This document shows, in pieces, positions 13,125 through 26,493 of a DNA stretch of 64,000 bases (positions are counted from its first letter, which is position 1; every line of letters starts with the position of its first letter). The translations under genes and the position numbers were made by a program. Source of the stretch: Glaucostegus cemiculus (Eukaryota). Where the stretch lies: assembly GCA_976551045.1 (NCBI GenBank), contig CDPCPM010000013.1, positions 20,460,001-20,524,000 on the forward strand. Direction: 5' to 3'. The notes under the pieces are model-generated. The model saw only the letters and a program-made list of their open reading frames with translations, ran no database searches and was not told where the DNA came from.

Positions 13125-13348
13125 GATCTACCTTGTGTGACCTTGCACCTTATTGCACTGCACTTTCTCTGTAGCTGTGACACTTTACTCTGTACTGTTA
13201 CTATTTTTACTGTATTACATCAATGCACTTTGTACCAACAATGTAACTGCACTGTGTAATGAAGTGACCTGTACAATCAGTTTGTAAGACAAGCTTTTCA
13301 TTGTACCTCAGTACAATTGACAATAATAAACCAATACCAATACCAATA
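13125..13348 (+). mobile_element. Rex1/Babar-type LINE 3' UTR with (ccaata)n tail
   Basis: aagcttttcattgtacctcagtacaattgacaataataaaccaataccaatacc. Reverse-strand relatives at 18585-18790, 20580-20795 and 48594-48697. Confidence 0.55.
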
Positions 13349-15044
13349 GCACCTAATCTTACCATAGTATCACTAAACTGTGAGCTCAGATTGAATGTTT
13401 GGCCCAACTGGTTTTATGAATTTGGATCTTCCACTTGTCTAAAGTCAGTTGCCAATCTTCCCATGACTCCCAGCTCCCTATTCTGAGGAGCTGCTTGGCC
13501 ACAGGAAAAATGATCAAAGTGTTTGTTGGTGTGCTGTTGCTTTGGTCACCTAGCACACCTACTAGGGAGGAGTAGGAATTCCAAGCCAGAAATCTTCATT
13601 AGTTACAAAATCAACATATGACATAATATTAGAATGTCAATTATGTTATTGGAATATTTTGATCAAAAGCAATTAATAGTTTTTTAAAGCCCGTGTTTAA
13701 AATTTGATTCTGAGTAAAGAAAGAACATGTTTATAAATCACTTTTCCTATACAGAGGACTTCCCAAAACACTATTTCACAAACCGGGGTGAGATAAGTAG
13801 CCAACTAAATTTCTTCAGTGATGTTGGTTAATAGATAAGTGTTGTGCAAATTTTTGTCTTTTACCATTAGATCTTTCCTATACCTGAAAATGCAGATGAT
13901 GGGAGATGACTTTGGAAGAGTAGAGTGGAATTCATGACCAAAAACACCTGGCAAATTTCCAGACTGACATGTTTTGGCCTGGAATGGTCACAATCACATT
14001 CCCTAACTTTCTTTTGCATAGCCCTGGGGGGAAAATGGCATGCAGCAGAATTTCTGATGCCACGTTTTTTTTCTCTGAATTGAACCATAAAATAACTGCA
14101 TTCCATGTTTTCTTTTATTCTCTGACTAGATGTATTAGTCCCTAATCATTTCATAACACTATCTTCCTATATTCTTCACTTCTTGCTAGTTAATCACTAT
14201 TTATTGCCATTAAATCTCCCAGAATTAACAAACCAGCAAATTATCTAATTACTTCTCAAAATATGCACAATACATAATTTTGCTCATTAACATCAATCTA
14301 ATTTTTTCCCGTTTTTGCTTAAGGATGCTCTTGTTGTCCATGTCTTATTTTCACCATGAAACTATTGTACCATAACTTAAATACCTCAACGTTTCCTTAG
14401 CATTTATAGTTCAATTTTTTTTTACCTTTATAATTCACATAACACTTGAACAGAGATGACTTTATACTAATTATTTTATTTTTACAATTTCTAATACAAT
14501 AATAAGGTTAATGTAGTGCCTGTGATTATTTTATAAATAAATGTATTCAGAAATCCAATTTATGAAATTGATTCACAGTCATTTAGAAACACCAGTCATT
14601 TAGAATTTTATATAGCACAGTTTTCTATTCTTTACATTTACAAATTCTTAAATCAAGAAAATGGAAGCTGGAAGTTGAACTGCCAATAAAAGCATGAGCC
14701 AAAGTACTTTGCATGGGTCCTACACCATTTTGTCTTGGTAATATTGAGCTTTTTATGCACACATCTCATGCTCTGGGGGCACCAATTATATTTGCTTAGA
14801 AATTTATCCCCAATCCATAGCACTAAATGCACGATCTGGTAATGTTAGTGTGTTGTCTGTGCTGTACTCTGAACCTAAAATTTAAATCAATGGAATGAAT
14901 TTTGAAAGCAGAGTGCATGCATTGTCACTACAATACACCATGTTTAGTTCCACTGCTGGCAGTTGTTTTCCCTATTAGCATGCATTAATTGCAGGTAATT
15001 TAGTGGGTGCCATATGCCTGTAGAAATAAAACTGTGCTGCCATG

Positions 15045-16522
15045 GTTCTACATTATTGACTTATAGCATAAAAATCAGTCATAAAACTTGATAAGGAAAC
15101 AATGGTGCCATAAGCTGACTCAGTGCAGGAGACAGGAGGGTGATAGTTACGCTCCCTGGGACCTAAATTAAATGTTAGTGGATCCATACAACTGCCAAAA
15201 CAGTCACATTATTCTCTTAGAGTAAAGTTCCACTATCCTGCCTCATCCCCTACCCCTCCGGAACCACAGGGTAGGATGCTAGCTAAGCCATTTCAGTGGT
15301 CATAGCCCAGGGATTTCCCTGAGCTGGTGAGGATGGTAGATTTTTTTCAGGGGCACTTTGAGAACATCCTTGGAGTGTTTTCTCTGTTCTCCTGGAAATC
15401 TCGTGCCACAATGGAGCTTGGAGTAGAGTGCTTGTTTCGGGAGTGTGGTGTTAGTCCTCGATGCTGGGGATGTTGGCTAGAGAAAGGGGACATCCTGCAA
15501 GTAGGTTTGTAAGATTTTGTGGAAGCAGAGCACCACTGATATCCTGTGTGCATCAGTGAGTTCCCAAATGTGAAATATGATTCAAGTCATTTGTCGCTAC
15601 TCAGAGGTTAAGAAAGTGGGAGTAGCAATGTCCTTCACCTCTATGAACAGAGCAGTCTAAACATGATGAAAGGCTGGAGCTCTGCTCACAGAAACTGAGG
15701 AATGTTTTTGTCACCACTCAGATACGAAAGGGTTAGCCTTAAGGTGCATTGTTCCTCGTGCATCTGGATGTAGGAACATGACTCCCAAAAGACTTTTGGG
15801 CTAAGCCAGAGCCCATCTCGCCTTCCTCCTTTGAGCTCCTTGGAAAATTGCTTTGCAGTGCATTTCCCTTATTCTAAATGGAATCACAGTTAAAACAATC
15901 AATTTTTATCAATAAACAGAGGCAAATTTGAACTCTGTGCACACAAAGTCTGCTACTACTTTTATCTAAAGTTTTCTGGCCTGTAACGTGCTCAGCTCCA
16001 GTTGACACCCAAACAAAAATGCAAAGCTTTGATGATCCCCTCAAGTTAGACTGCTGCAGGGTGCAGTATATCTTCATGCCTTTCCTGTCCAAGGGCGACA
16101 GTGAGTTTTAATTCCTTTGGTTTAATTCAGTTTCGCAAGAGAGCCAGCAATTGGGTGCTGCACATAAATTAATATCACCACTGTCTGCTCCATATGCTCT
16201 GTGTATACCCAGGTCACCATCATGGAAACTGTAGGTCAAAATTCATTATCATGGACTATTATATTAAACTATTCAGTGGCTTAGCTAGCATCCTACCCTG
16301 TGGTTCTGGAGGGGTGGGGGATGAGGCAGGATAGTGGAACTTTACTCTAGGAGACTGTTGTGTCTGTTCTGGCAGTTGTATAGATCCACTAACACTTAAT
16401 TTAGGTCCCAGGGAGAGCAATCGTCACCCGACTGTCTCCTGCACTGAGTCAGCTTATGGCACCATTGTTTCCTTATCACGTTTTGTGGTTGATTTTTATG
16501 CTATAAGTCAATAATGTAGAAC
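15045..16522. repeat. Long inverted repeat: 246-bp arms (15045-15290 and 16277-16522) with a 986-bp spacer
   Basis: Manual alignment of the left arm to the reverse complement of the right arm gives 225/246 identical and no indels (gttctacattattgac...gctagctaagcca / tggcttagctagc...gtcaataatgtagaac). Confidence 0.97.
15288..15525 (-). mobile_element. RTE-clade LINE fragment; direct duplicate of 16991-17225
   Basis: About 88% identical (29 substitutions, one 3-bp indel) to 16991-17225. Homologous to the RTE fragment near 5300-5550. Confidence 0.75.
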
Positions 16523-16789
16523 TTTAGAAGTATATATTATGCAAATAAATTTCTAGAAATGATTTATCAAAGTTGTGTCTTTGTAAAACTGATCAAGTAA
16601 TTTCCAAACAGAAAGTTTGATGGAACAAACAGTGAAATAGGAGTGAAGTGGATTTCCATTGTTTAAAGCGACATCTATGTTCAATGCTTTATTAAATATC
16701 ATGTAAATATGCTATGTTTTTAATGGAAATAGCAAACTATTATTTTCACAACTATTACCCATAAACTTTTCTATGTAGTCATTATTTCA

Positions 16790-17450
16790 GGGTGGAGGAT
16801 CATTTGCTTACACCAGTTCTGTGGCCTCTGAAGTGACAAATGAGTCCGATGTGGCATCCAAAGGCTGCCACGGGTGGGGCAGGATGTGCTTGATGGGTGG
16901 GAAGATGAATTGTTTGGGATGGTGCTAATTGCACTTGGCCTCCAGTCTCTTAGAGCCTGTTGTTCGGTGCCTTTGAATGTTTTTTTTAAACCATTTGAGT
17001 GGTCAGAGTCCAGGGATTCTGCTGAGCTGGGGAGGATGTTAGATTTTCTTCAGGGGCATTTTGAGAACATCCTTAGGGTGTTTTCTCTGTTCTTCTGGAA
17101 ATCTCGTGCCATGATAGAGCTCAAAGCAGAGTGCTTGTTTCGGGAGTCTGGTGTTAGTCCTTGATGCTGGGGACGTTGCCTAGGGAAAGGACACATCCTG
17201 CAAGATTTGTTAGATTTTGTGGAAGTGGTATTGCTATTACTCCTCCAAAACTTTGAGATGCAAGTTGTCCATGCATTAGAAACATACAGGAGAATAGGGA
17301 TTCCTGCTGCTTAATAGACAACAGACATAATGCTCAGATTGGGATCTTGGTCATACTTTCCCTCAGCCAACTGAAGGCTATGCTGGCAGACTAGTGGCAG
17401 CGGTGAATTTAGTCATCATTGTTTGTCCTCATTGCGAAATGACTCCTGAG
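16790..17450 (-). mobile_element. RTE-clade LINE 3' fragment
   Basis: Minus strand resembles the RTE RT C-terminal region (RLPKQAL, ...KDVLK). Homologous to 5100-5680. Confidence 0.65.
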
Positions 17451-17639
17451 ATGCAGAAAGCCATTCACATTTCCCAGGGTTTCTTTGTGAATCTTGATTG
17501 GTTGGGTACTGCAGCAATTCATGTCTTATGCTCAAGCACACAAGGGGGTAGAAGTACTGTTGCAACTATGCTGTTCTAAGCATCAAACATGAATCCTGGC
17601 TTGAGAAAGAGTACAATGTAGACTTATGAGACCCTATTA

Positions 17640-18560
17640 AGTTACAAAATGAAATTACATAAACTGGGGTTGGAATTTATTGGATGGGTTTGATAGAAAA
17701 AATAAAATATTAAAGATAATTGATTGGGTAGGTAAATTATTTCTGCTGGGTTGAGCACAGTACTATGGAAAAAAATTCTAAAAATTAGTGCCCTTTACTT
17801 TGAGTAGTGAAGATAGAATATGTTATTATATGAGAAGGATGGTAGACATTTAGAACTCTCCTGTAAATGACTATTAATGCTACATCTAAGCTAATTTTAA
17901 CTTTGTGTTTTGTAGAATGTATTCAGAAACATAGGGAAATGTTAGATATGGAGTTAGGTTACATATCAGCCATAATCTCATTGAATGATGGAACAGGCTC
18001 AAGGGTATAAATAGTTCATTCCTGTTTCCATCCTGCTATGTTCTAATATTACTAACTTATGATGATGATAGAATTATGGCAAATTTATAATGTAGAAGAC
18101 CTTTTAGCTTATTATGACTGTGCTTACGCTAATTTTATGAGATAAATGTGGCTGAGGAACATCATTTGCTCATCTTGGTTCATCGTATAAAAAAACCCCA
18201 CAATTCATCTCCATCTTTTTTGTAATTCTTCTACTGTTTTTACCTCCTCTGCTCTACACTGAACATTCTGTGTTTTGCTCTTCATGTGGAAAACTCTATG
18301 TCAGTGCTAGTTTGCAACATCTACTCTTTGAGCTGGTGTCTCATTGTCCTAATCACAAAGCTGAGTTTGAAATAATTTTCAATACATTCCTCTTCCCTTC
18401 CATTTACTTCATTGTGTAGCTCTATGGGATTACCTCTGGATTCTTTAAAAATCAAGAAATCTTAAGCTACTCCTAGAATTATTTTAGACTTCTGACATTC
18501 AGTCTTGTAGTTCACATCTGAACTACTTTAGGAGCCACATGTCTCACTTGTGTCTCATTC
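17640..18560. mobile_element. Two old CR1 3' fragments, tail to tail (+ 17640-18050; - 18060-18560)
   Basis: CR1 tail (cagccataatctcattgaatgatggaacaggctcaagggtataaatag) followed by a degraded reverse-oriented copy. Confidence 0.5.
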
Positions 18561-18584
18561 TCAAGAACTTGGCAAGGTGAAAAT

Positions 18585-18790
18585 TGGTAAATCGATTTAT
18601 TATTGTTACATATACCAAGGTACAGTGAAAAACTTGTCCTTGCTTACTGTCCAAACAGATCATTTTATTACAACAGTGCATTGAGGTAGTACAAGGTAAA
18701 CCAATAACTGAATGCAGAATGAAGTGTTACAGTTACAGAGAGAGTGCAGTGCAGGTAGACAATAAGATGCAAGGCATAATGAGGTCGATC
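18585..18790 (-). mobile_element. Rex1/Babar-type 3' UTR
   Basis: Reverse complement similarity to 13125-13348. Confidence 0.55.
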
Positions 18791-20339
18791 AGAAAATTAT
18801 ACAAGTTGATCACAACTTCCTTTAAACTTTTACTGTATACTTGACTGCATTTAATCATTTCTTGTATTAGTTATTCTGAGCTGTAGTGATTGTAAAGCAG
18901 GCATAGAGTGGGGTTCAAAAATACCATTTCACAATGGTACTAAACTTCCACAAATGTTGTCTGAAATATTATTATTGAGAAAAAGCCATGGACTCTATTA
19001 GCTGTCGATTGCCTCCAGTATCATTGTCCTTCCCCCTCACTTCTCCAAGGGTTGTTGGCAAAGATTTCATAGCCCAAAATATATGCAATTCAAAAAGCCA
19101 AGCTGTTTCTGGAGGTGGAATTGATGGTGAAAGCTATGTAATTGATTCAGGTAAGATTTGAAGCCCCATGCAAACTCTATTCCAAACTGAGAGTACTCCA
19201 TAACCTATCTCCGCTCCACTGAGTGTGAGTCTATTGAGATCCTTTTTAATTGCACCCTTCAACAATTTATCCATGCTATTTTTTTATTCTTTCTACAATT
19301 ATTCTGTGATAGAATTTAACCTGTTCAATTTATATGGTGAATAAAATACTTCCTCTAAATCCTTTAACAACTCTACTAGGAAGGATAATCCATTAAGAGT
19401 GTTTTGTATAAAAAGCTTTACATTCTATCCATAGGTGTGAACTTCCCTGCCATTCAATAAGATCCGGTTGTCCACTTTCCCATCCCACTCCCACATTCCT
19501 TGAATATGTTGATTTCAGCATTGAACATGCTTAATGATTAGGTATCCACAGGACTTTCAAGTGGAAAATTCCAATGTTTTATAACCTCAGTAAATAAACT
19601 ACCCTAATCTGAGATCAAAATGGCTGATTTATTAATCTGAGTGTATGCTTCTTCTTAACATTAACCCTGTCAATCCCTTTCAGACTCTTTTATGTATCAA
19701 TATGATTATTTTAATTCTTCTAAACTCCAGTGACTATTGCCAAAAAGAAAGTACATCTTTCCTTAGCCACAGATACCACAATAACCACAGTACTCCACAG
19801 TAAATGAAAATCAAGAAAAGTGAATGCTGGAAACCTGAAATAAAAACAGAAACTTCACAAGAAACAGAGTTAACATTTCAGGCGACAGACCTGAAAATGT
19901 CAGAATTGAGGAGGAGAGAAAACAGTTCTCCACTTTGATCTGCTTGCAGCTAAACTTTCTTAAACTTGAATGGCACTCTCCTTGCAATAAAGGCCAACGT
20001 ATCATTTTCTTTCCAGTCGTTTATTATAGCTGCATGTTTATTTTCTCTCTTTGAGGTCCCAGCACACAAAGCATTCTGTACAGGTAGAGAAGACAAAAAG
20101 TGGGATTCAGTTGCAAGGGGGACAGATAGGTAATGCTTTAGCCACAAATGTAACTTCAGGGTTTTATGTTAAATCCTTGGTGGTAAGGTCAAAGATGTAA
20201 AAAGTACTAAAGTAATGTTTTGTTTTAAATGCAGAAGCTGGAAATCTCTAGCTTTGACCTGAAATGTTAACTCTTCTTCTTTCCACAGATACTGCTTGAC
20301 CTGCTGAGAGTTTCCAGCATTTTCTGTTTTCATCTTAAG

Positions 20340-22920
20340 GGTAGTACACTCAGGATTGCTCCCAAAGCCATGTATTAGTAAGAACAGAGAGAGGGCAATG
20401 GATAAGATGAATATGTGACTAGAGGGATGGCACAGGAGAGTGGGATTTAGATTCCTGATGTATTGGCACTGGTTCTGGGGAAGATGGGACCTGAGAAAGC
20501 TGAATGGATAGGATCAGGACTGATATCCTTGTTTTTGGTGCTGGCTAATGCAGTTAAGGAAGGTTTAAATTAGTATGGCATTAAAATTGTATAGGTGCAA
20601 TGAAAAGCTTACTTGCAGCAGCATCGCACGCACATAACATCATATAAGCAGCATTCGCAAGAAAAACATAAAATTAAACATAAATTATACACACTTTACA
20701 AGAAAGAACACAATTAGAACAAAAAAAGTCCATTTTAGTGCAAAGTGATCAAAGTGGCCGTAGTGTTGCTAAATTATAGTGCTTAGGGTTTTGCCAGAAA
20801 AATGCTAAAGATAAAGAGTTCTATATCTAAATGTACATAGTATCCAAAAACAGGGTTGATGAACTAACAGCACAAAAAGAGATTAACAAGTACAATTTAA
20901 TAGCAGTTATAGAGACATTGTAACAAAAAGATCAAAGCTGGGAATTCAGTGCTCGGGGGTATTTGACTTTTAGGATGTGGAAACAAAAAGGTAGCTTTGC
21001 TCATCAGAGATAAAATAAATACAATAGTGAAAGATACAGAGTCCATTTGGGTAAAGATAAAAGAATAGCAAGGGAAAGAAGGAATAGTGTATAAACCCCA
21101 AACACTGGTCATACTGTAGGAAGGAATATAAATCAAGAAATAATTGGGGGCTGGTAGAAAGAATAGTGCATTAATCATGGATGACTTTAATCTTCATGTA
21201 AATTGGAGTAATTAAATTGGAAATGTTAACCACAAAAATTAATTCATAGATTGTATTCTGGATAGTTTCCTAGAGCAATATATTAAGGAGCCTACCAGGA
21301 AAAACACTATTTTGGATCTGGTAATGTATAATGAAATAGGTTTAAAATGATCTCAAATTTTAAAAAAACTCTGGGAAATGGTGATCACGGCAAAAATTCA
21401 GCTTTATTGTAAAAATCTTGGGTCTAAAGCAACTGTGTAGAACTTAAATAATGGGAAGCACAAATGAATTAGGATAGAGTTGGCTAAAGTGGGCATGCCA
21501 AACGGATTAACAAATCAGATAAGAGACATGGAATCCTAGAGATAGTGGCCAAAATGATAGTGCATACTGTATATTCTTCCAAAAGTCCTCAGCTATGGAA
21601 GGACTAGAAGTTTGCCAATCGGATATACTAATTCAAAAAGGGCAGAAGGCACAAAACAGGTAATAACAGGCTACTTAGTCTAATACCTATTATTGGAAAG
21701 TCATAATCTGATCAAGCAGAGGTAGCATGACTTTATGAAGGGGAAATCATGTCTGACAAATGTACTAGAATTATGTGAGTTCATCAGTTAGAGTGGATTT
21801 TCAAATGTGTTTGACAAGGTGCCATGCAAAAGGTTACTTAGCTAAATAAGAACTCCTGGTGTTGGAGGTAATATATTAGCATGAATGGAGGATTGGTTAA
21901 CAGAAAAGAGCCAGTAGGGATAAGCAGGTCATTTTTGGCTTGATAGCCTGTAACCGTTGTTATGTCACAAAAGTCAGTGCTTGGACTACAGCTGTTTACA
22001 ATGGGTATTAATAATTTACTGAAAGGAACCAAATGTATTGTAATCAAAATCAGGATGATACAAAGGTAAGGAAAAGGCAAACTATGAAGAGGATGCAAAC
22101 AGTTTATGGAAAGATAAGAAAAGTTAAGTGAGAGCGCAAAAGTTGGTAAATGGAACATAATGGGAACTCACTTTGAAAGAAAGAATGATAAAGCAGATTG
22201 TTATTTAAATTTAGGAAGAATGCAGTAAACTGCAGCACAAGGGACTTGGGGGCTCTTGTACATGAAACACAAATAATACAGGTGCAACAAGTTATCAGGA
22301 AGGCTAATGGACTTTTATTTCAAGGGGGTTGGAATAGAAAGAAATATTACCAGCAAAACAATATCTTGAGTACTGTTTATAATTTTGATCCCCTTAGTTA
22401 TGCAGAGATAGATTATCAACGGTGGCAGCTGAGGGAAGGTTACTAAGGATGATCCTAGCTAAGGAGAGTTTTGCCTTATGAAGAAAGGTTGAACAGGTTG
22501 GGTCTGTACTCATCAGAATTTAGGAAAGTAAGAGGTGATCCAAATGAAACACATACAGTATGTTACAGGAAGGGTTAAAAGAGTAAATGCTGTAAGGATG
22601 TTTCCCCTCATGGGAAGAATGACCAGAGGAGATAGTCTCAGAATAATAGGGCATCCATTTAATACTTAGATGAGGAAAAATTTCTAGTCTCAAAAGATTA
22701 TGACTCTTTAGGAATTCCTTGCCCCAAAGGCTCCAGAGGCTGAATCCCTGAGTATATTCAAAGATAACATGGGTAGATTTTTAATCAGTGAGGGAAATGA
22801 AGGGTTTTGAGGATAGAGCAGGAAAGTGAACTTGAGGAACGTTGAATCTGTTGTGATCTTATTGAATGATGAGGCAGGACTGAGGGACTGAATGGCCAAG
22901 TCCTTTTCTATTTCATAGTC
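20340..22920 (+). mobile_element. CR1 LINE, degraded ORF2 (endonuclease + RT) through 3' tail
   Basis: EN motif (IMDDFNLH near 21175), RT motifs (tttgacaaggtgcca near 21810) and CR1 tail at 22840-22920; many stops and frameshifts. Confidence 0.85.
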
Positions 22921-22984
22921 TTCTGGTGTTATGCCTTCCATACAAAAACATTTATGACTTTCTCAGCATATAATAAACGTTTTG

Positions 22985-23570
22985 TTATTCTAGTCCTCCT
23001 ACCAAACCAAATAACCACATTATTTTCCCTCATTATACTCCATCTGCCACCAACCTGCCCACTCACTCCACCTGTTTATGATCTTTTTTAGATTCTTTTC
23101 TTCCTCCTCACCACTTACTCTCCTACCTTTTTAATTATCAACAAACTTAGATACAATATACTTTGTCTTTTAACCAAAACCATTAATATACATTGCGACT
23201 AGCTGACAACCTAATACTGATCTCTTTGATACTCAACAAAGAACAGCCAACCAATCTAAAAAAGGTCCAATTATTTCCACCTGATTTCTGTCCTTTACCC
23301 AATCTCCTATCCTTACCAAAGTATTACTACTATCTGATGAACCCTAATTTGAGGCAACAGCCTTTTATCTTCTACTTGAAAAAATCCTTATGAAAATTCA
23401 TATATACTACATACACTGGTTCTCTCTTATCTATCCCACTAAATAAAATAATATTAGAAGTATTAAATCACTATTAAATATTGTTATCTACAAGATAGTA
23501 TTAGATTTGTCAAACATGATTTTCCTTGCATAAAGCAGTGTTTACTCTGCTTGATCATATTATGATTTCC
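22985..23570 (-). mobile_element. CR1 RT fragment
   Basis: Minus strand aaatcatgtttgacaaatcta (KSCLTNL) near 23500-23525. Confidence 0.65.
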
Positions 23571-24479
23571 TAATTAATTCAATATTGCATGGTACCCTCA
23601 GTGAAGCACCTTTGGGACTTTGGTGGTGCCATACTAGCAGAGATTCCATACTGTTGGGCGCTACTCTTATTAGTACCCAAACACACATAGAGTTCACTGT
23701 TTTTACATGTTACATAGTAGCATTATAAAATTTGCAGTGAACCCGAAGAACTGAAAGGGAGTGGAATATATAGAACTCCAGATTCTGGCTCCCATCACAA
23801 ACCTCCCCACTTTCCTGGCCCCTGGTGTTTCAAATGCTGGCCCTGGCTTCACTCTGCACCCTGGCTCATGTTCCAGATTAATGAATGTGCCAACTGCCAG
23901 ATTATTGGAGTTTTGCCATAATTGATCTGTCTACTGCCATTGTGGTTAGTGTGCATGGCAAGGGCATAATGCTAGAAATCTGCACACATGAATCCAACAC
24001 TTATTTGGAAACAAGTCAACATTCTTGGTGCCAAAAACAATTGGTATTGCCCAGTCAAATTATGCAGACCATGATTTTGCAATATTCTTACAGAAAATAT
24101 ATTTAGTATTACTCACAAGCCACAATGGTTTACTTTCCATAAATGAAAAGATCCAGTCAAAAGCATTTACTACCATTAATGAAGTCGCATAAAGTGGTAG
24201 TCTCTTTTGGCACTTTTATTGACATATCCTGGCAAAGGCAAAATGATACTAGAGAAAAGTCTCAAATTTAGAAAGTGCTTAATTTGGTAATTGTTACAAT
24301 TAAGTTGTACAGAACATTTTTAGCAGTGAAACGTATCCTGATTTTAACATAACTGCCATACTCTGAATTGGAGGTTAAATTTACATGTGCCTGATTTTTG
24401 CTTTTCATTGAGGTTAATGGAACATAAAATGAAGCAAAATGTAAATCCAACTCCAGCAAAGAATTGTGGATTGGGTTAA

Positions 24480-24956
24480 GTTAAAATTGGGTTTTGAGAA
24501 TTCCTCACAGTATGTGAAGTGGCTGCACAATGCTGTGAAGGCTTTCTGTTCTTTATTCTTTTATAATTGTCAGCCGGAACAAGGAAACCTGTTGGTCTTC
24601 GAGCACAGGGAGATGTCCATAAGGGATTGCTGCTGACTGGCATGTTCCAGGCTGCAGGAGTATGTGTGGAGGGATGCATTGAAGCATGTTGCAGGCTATG
24701 CAAAGGCTCTGTGGGGAAGGACCACAGTCTAGTCTCCTTCCGCTATTGCATACGGAGGGGCAGCATCGTTAGCCCCTCAAACAATGAAATGCTGTATCAC
24801 CTCGGGGGGCCAAGTGAGTGGCAATGGTGCTATGGTTTTAAAAAAAATAAGTTAACACTACTGATTGTATTGGCCATGAATATAAAAAGGTTTTGCTTTG
24901 TTTAAACTTTTGTATAATTTTTATTAGGAATAAAGTTTATTTTGAAATAAAAAAAG
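24480..24956 (+). mobile_element. Tx1/L1-clade LINE 3' end with AATAAA and A-tail
   Basis: ttccaggctgcaggagtatgtg...tggggaaggaccacagtctag is homologous to 54775-54863; ends aataaagtttattttgaaataaaaaaa. Confidence 0.7.
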
Positions 24957-25049
24957 ACCTACTATGACATGTATCTGTTACAGACGATACTTGCAACAAT
25001 TCTTGTCATATCAACATATCAAAACTGTCAGTAACATCTTTACCCACTT

Positions 25050-25370
25050 TGTTGGCAATACTCTCACTTCTGAGTCAGAAGCTTGAGGGATTAAGTCTTG
25101 CTATATTCTCATACATGTAATCTAGGTTCAAACTTCATTGTTATGCTGAGAGAACATCTATTGTTTGGTGTTAACTCAAGTGATACATTAAATTCAGGCT
25201 TCACTTAACATTTCAAGTAATTTGTGAAATGACCCCTGCCATTATTCTATAAAGAGCAAATGTTGACCCAGCATCTAAATTAACTTATCGCCCTCCAAAA
25301 ATTAACCGTTACTTCATTTATTTGCTGTTTGCAACACTTTGCAGGTGGTTAATGTCTATGCAAGTTCCTC
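25050..25370 (+). mobile_element. Deu-domain SINE relic
   Basis: tRNA-like head (actctcacttctgagtcagaagcttgaggg) followed by a degenerate Deu domain (acattaaattcaggc...gacccctgccattatt). Confidence 0.45.
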
Positions 25371-25857
25371 AAAAATTACTCTACTCTCATAATAAGCAAG
25401 ACCAGGCCTTTAGAATATAATCTGAACTTTGCGATGGTATTTGAGACTTGAGTATTGAACTCTGCAACTGGCACCCTCCAAGTAGACGTTTGAAGATCAA
25501 ACAATGCCGCTGAATAAATGATTGATGATGGTGATGTGAAAATCCTTGATTGCACTTTAGAAGTTGTCCATTTTCTTTAAATCATTTTCAAGTATTCTGT
25601 TGATACGGAGAACTGTAACTGATGGTGGTTGCATCATCTGAAGAGTTGGTGAACTTTTAGCTTATTCACTATTTTAATTTTGGGTTGTATACGTCCTCCT
25701 AAATTTTGAAATAAATGCTGTATTTCTTTCATATTATTTTCTAATTTTTAAATGATCATGAATTGAAAAGCTAGTTATACTGTATCTAGAAATTTTTGGC
25801 CTGCTTAACATGATCTGTACTGCTCATAGCTTTGTCAATTATTTTTCTTAATTTCAC

Positions 25858-26493
25858 AGGTGGATAGGGTAGTTAAGAAAACTTGTGGGATGTTAGCTTT
25901 CATAAATTGAAGGATCGAGTTTAAAAACCACGAGGTAATGATGCAGCTCTATAAAACTCTGGTTAAACCACACTTAGAGTACTGCATCCAGTTCTGGTTG
26001 CCTCATTATAGGAAGAATGTGGAAATGTTGGAAAGGGTGCAGAGGAGATTTACCAGGATGCTGCCTGGTTTAGAGAGTATGCATTATGAGGAGAGACTAA
26101 GGGAGCTAGGGCTTTGCTCTTTGAAGAGAAGGAGGATGAGAGGAGACATGATAGAGGTGTACAAAATATTAAGAGGAATAGATAGAGTGGACAGCCAGCA
26201 CCTCTTTTCCAGGGCACCAATGCTCAAAACAAGAGGGCATGGCTTTAAGGTAATGGGTGGGAAGTTCAAAGGAGATATCAGAGGAAGGTTTTTTATCCAG
26301 AGAGTGGTTGGGGCATGGAATGTGCTGCCTGGGGCAGTGGTGGAGACAGGTGCATTGGTCAAGTTCAAGAGGTTACTAGATAAGCATATGGAGGAATTTA
26401 AAATAGAGGGATAAGTGGGAAGAAGGGGTTAGATAGTCTTAGACGAGGTTTAAAGGTCGGCACACCTGTATTGTGCTGTACTGTTCTTTGTTC
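25858..26493 (+). mobile_element. Young CR1 (HER1-like) 3' fragment
   Basis: ORF 25938-26414 LYKTLVKPHLEYCIQFW...RGDMIEVYKI...TRGH...WNVLP; ends tgtactgttctttgttc. Confidence 0.92.

Noticed and set aside
14576-14605. 13-bp tandem duplication cagtcatttagaa
   Set aside because: Ordinary slippage-scale duplication.
15045-16522. DGR-like template/variable repeat pair, or duplicated coding exon
   Set aside because: Mismatches are not restricted to adenines in either copy or strand, and they fall in all three codon positions without a clear bias.
15045-16522. Autonomous DNA transposon with 246-bp TIRs
   Set aside because: Outer flanks (gccatg / tttaga) show no TSD, and the spacer has no transposase-like ORF. 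A non-autonomous element is not fully excluded.
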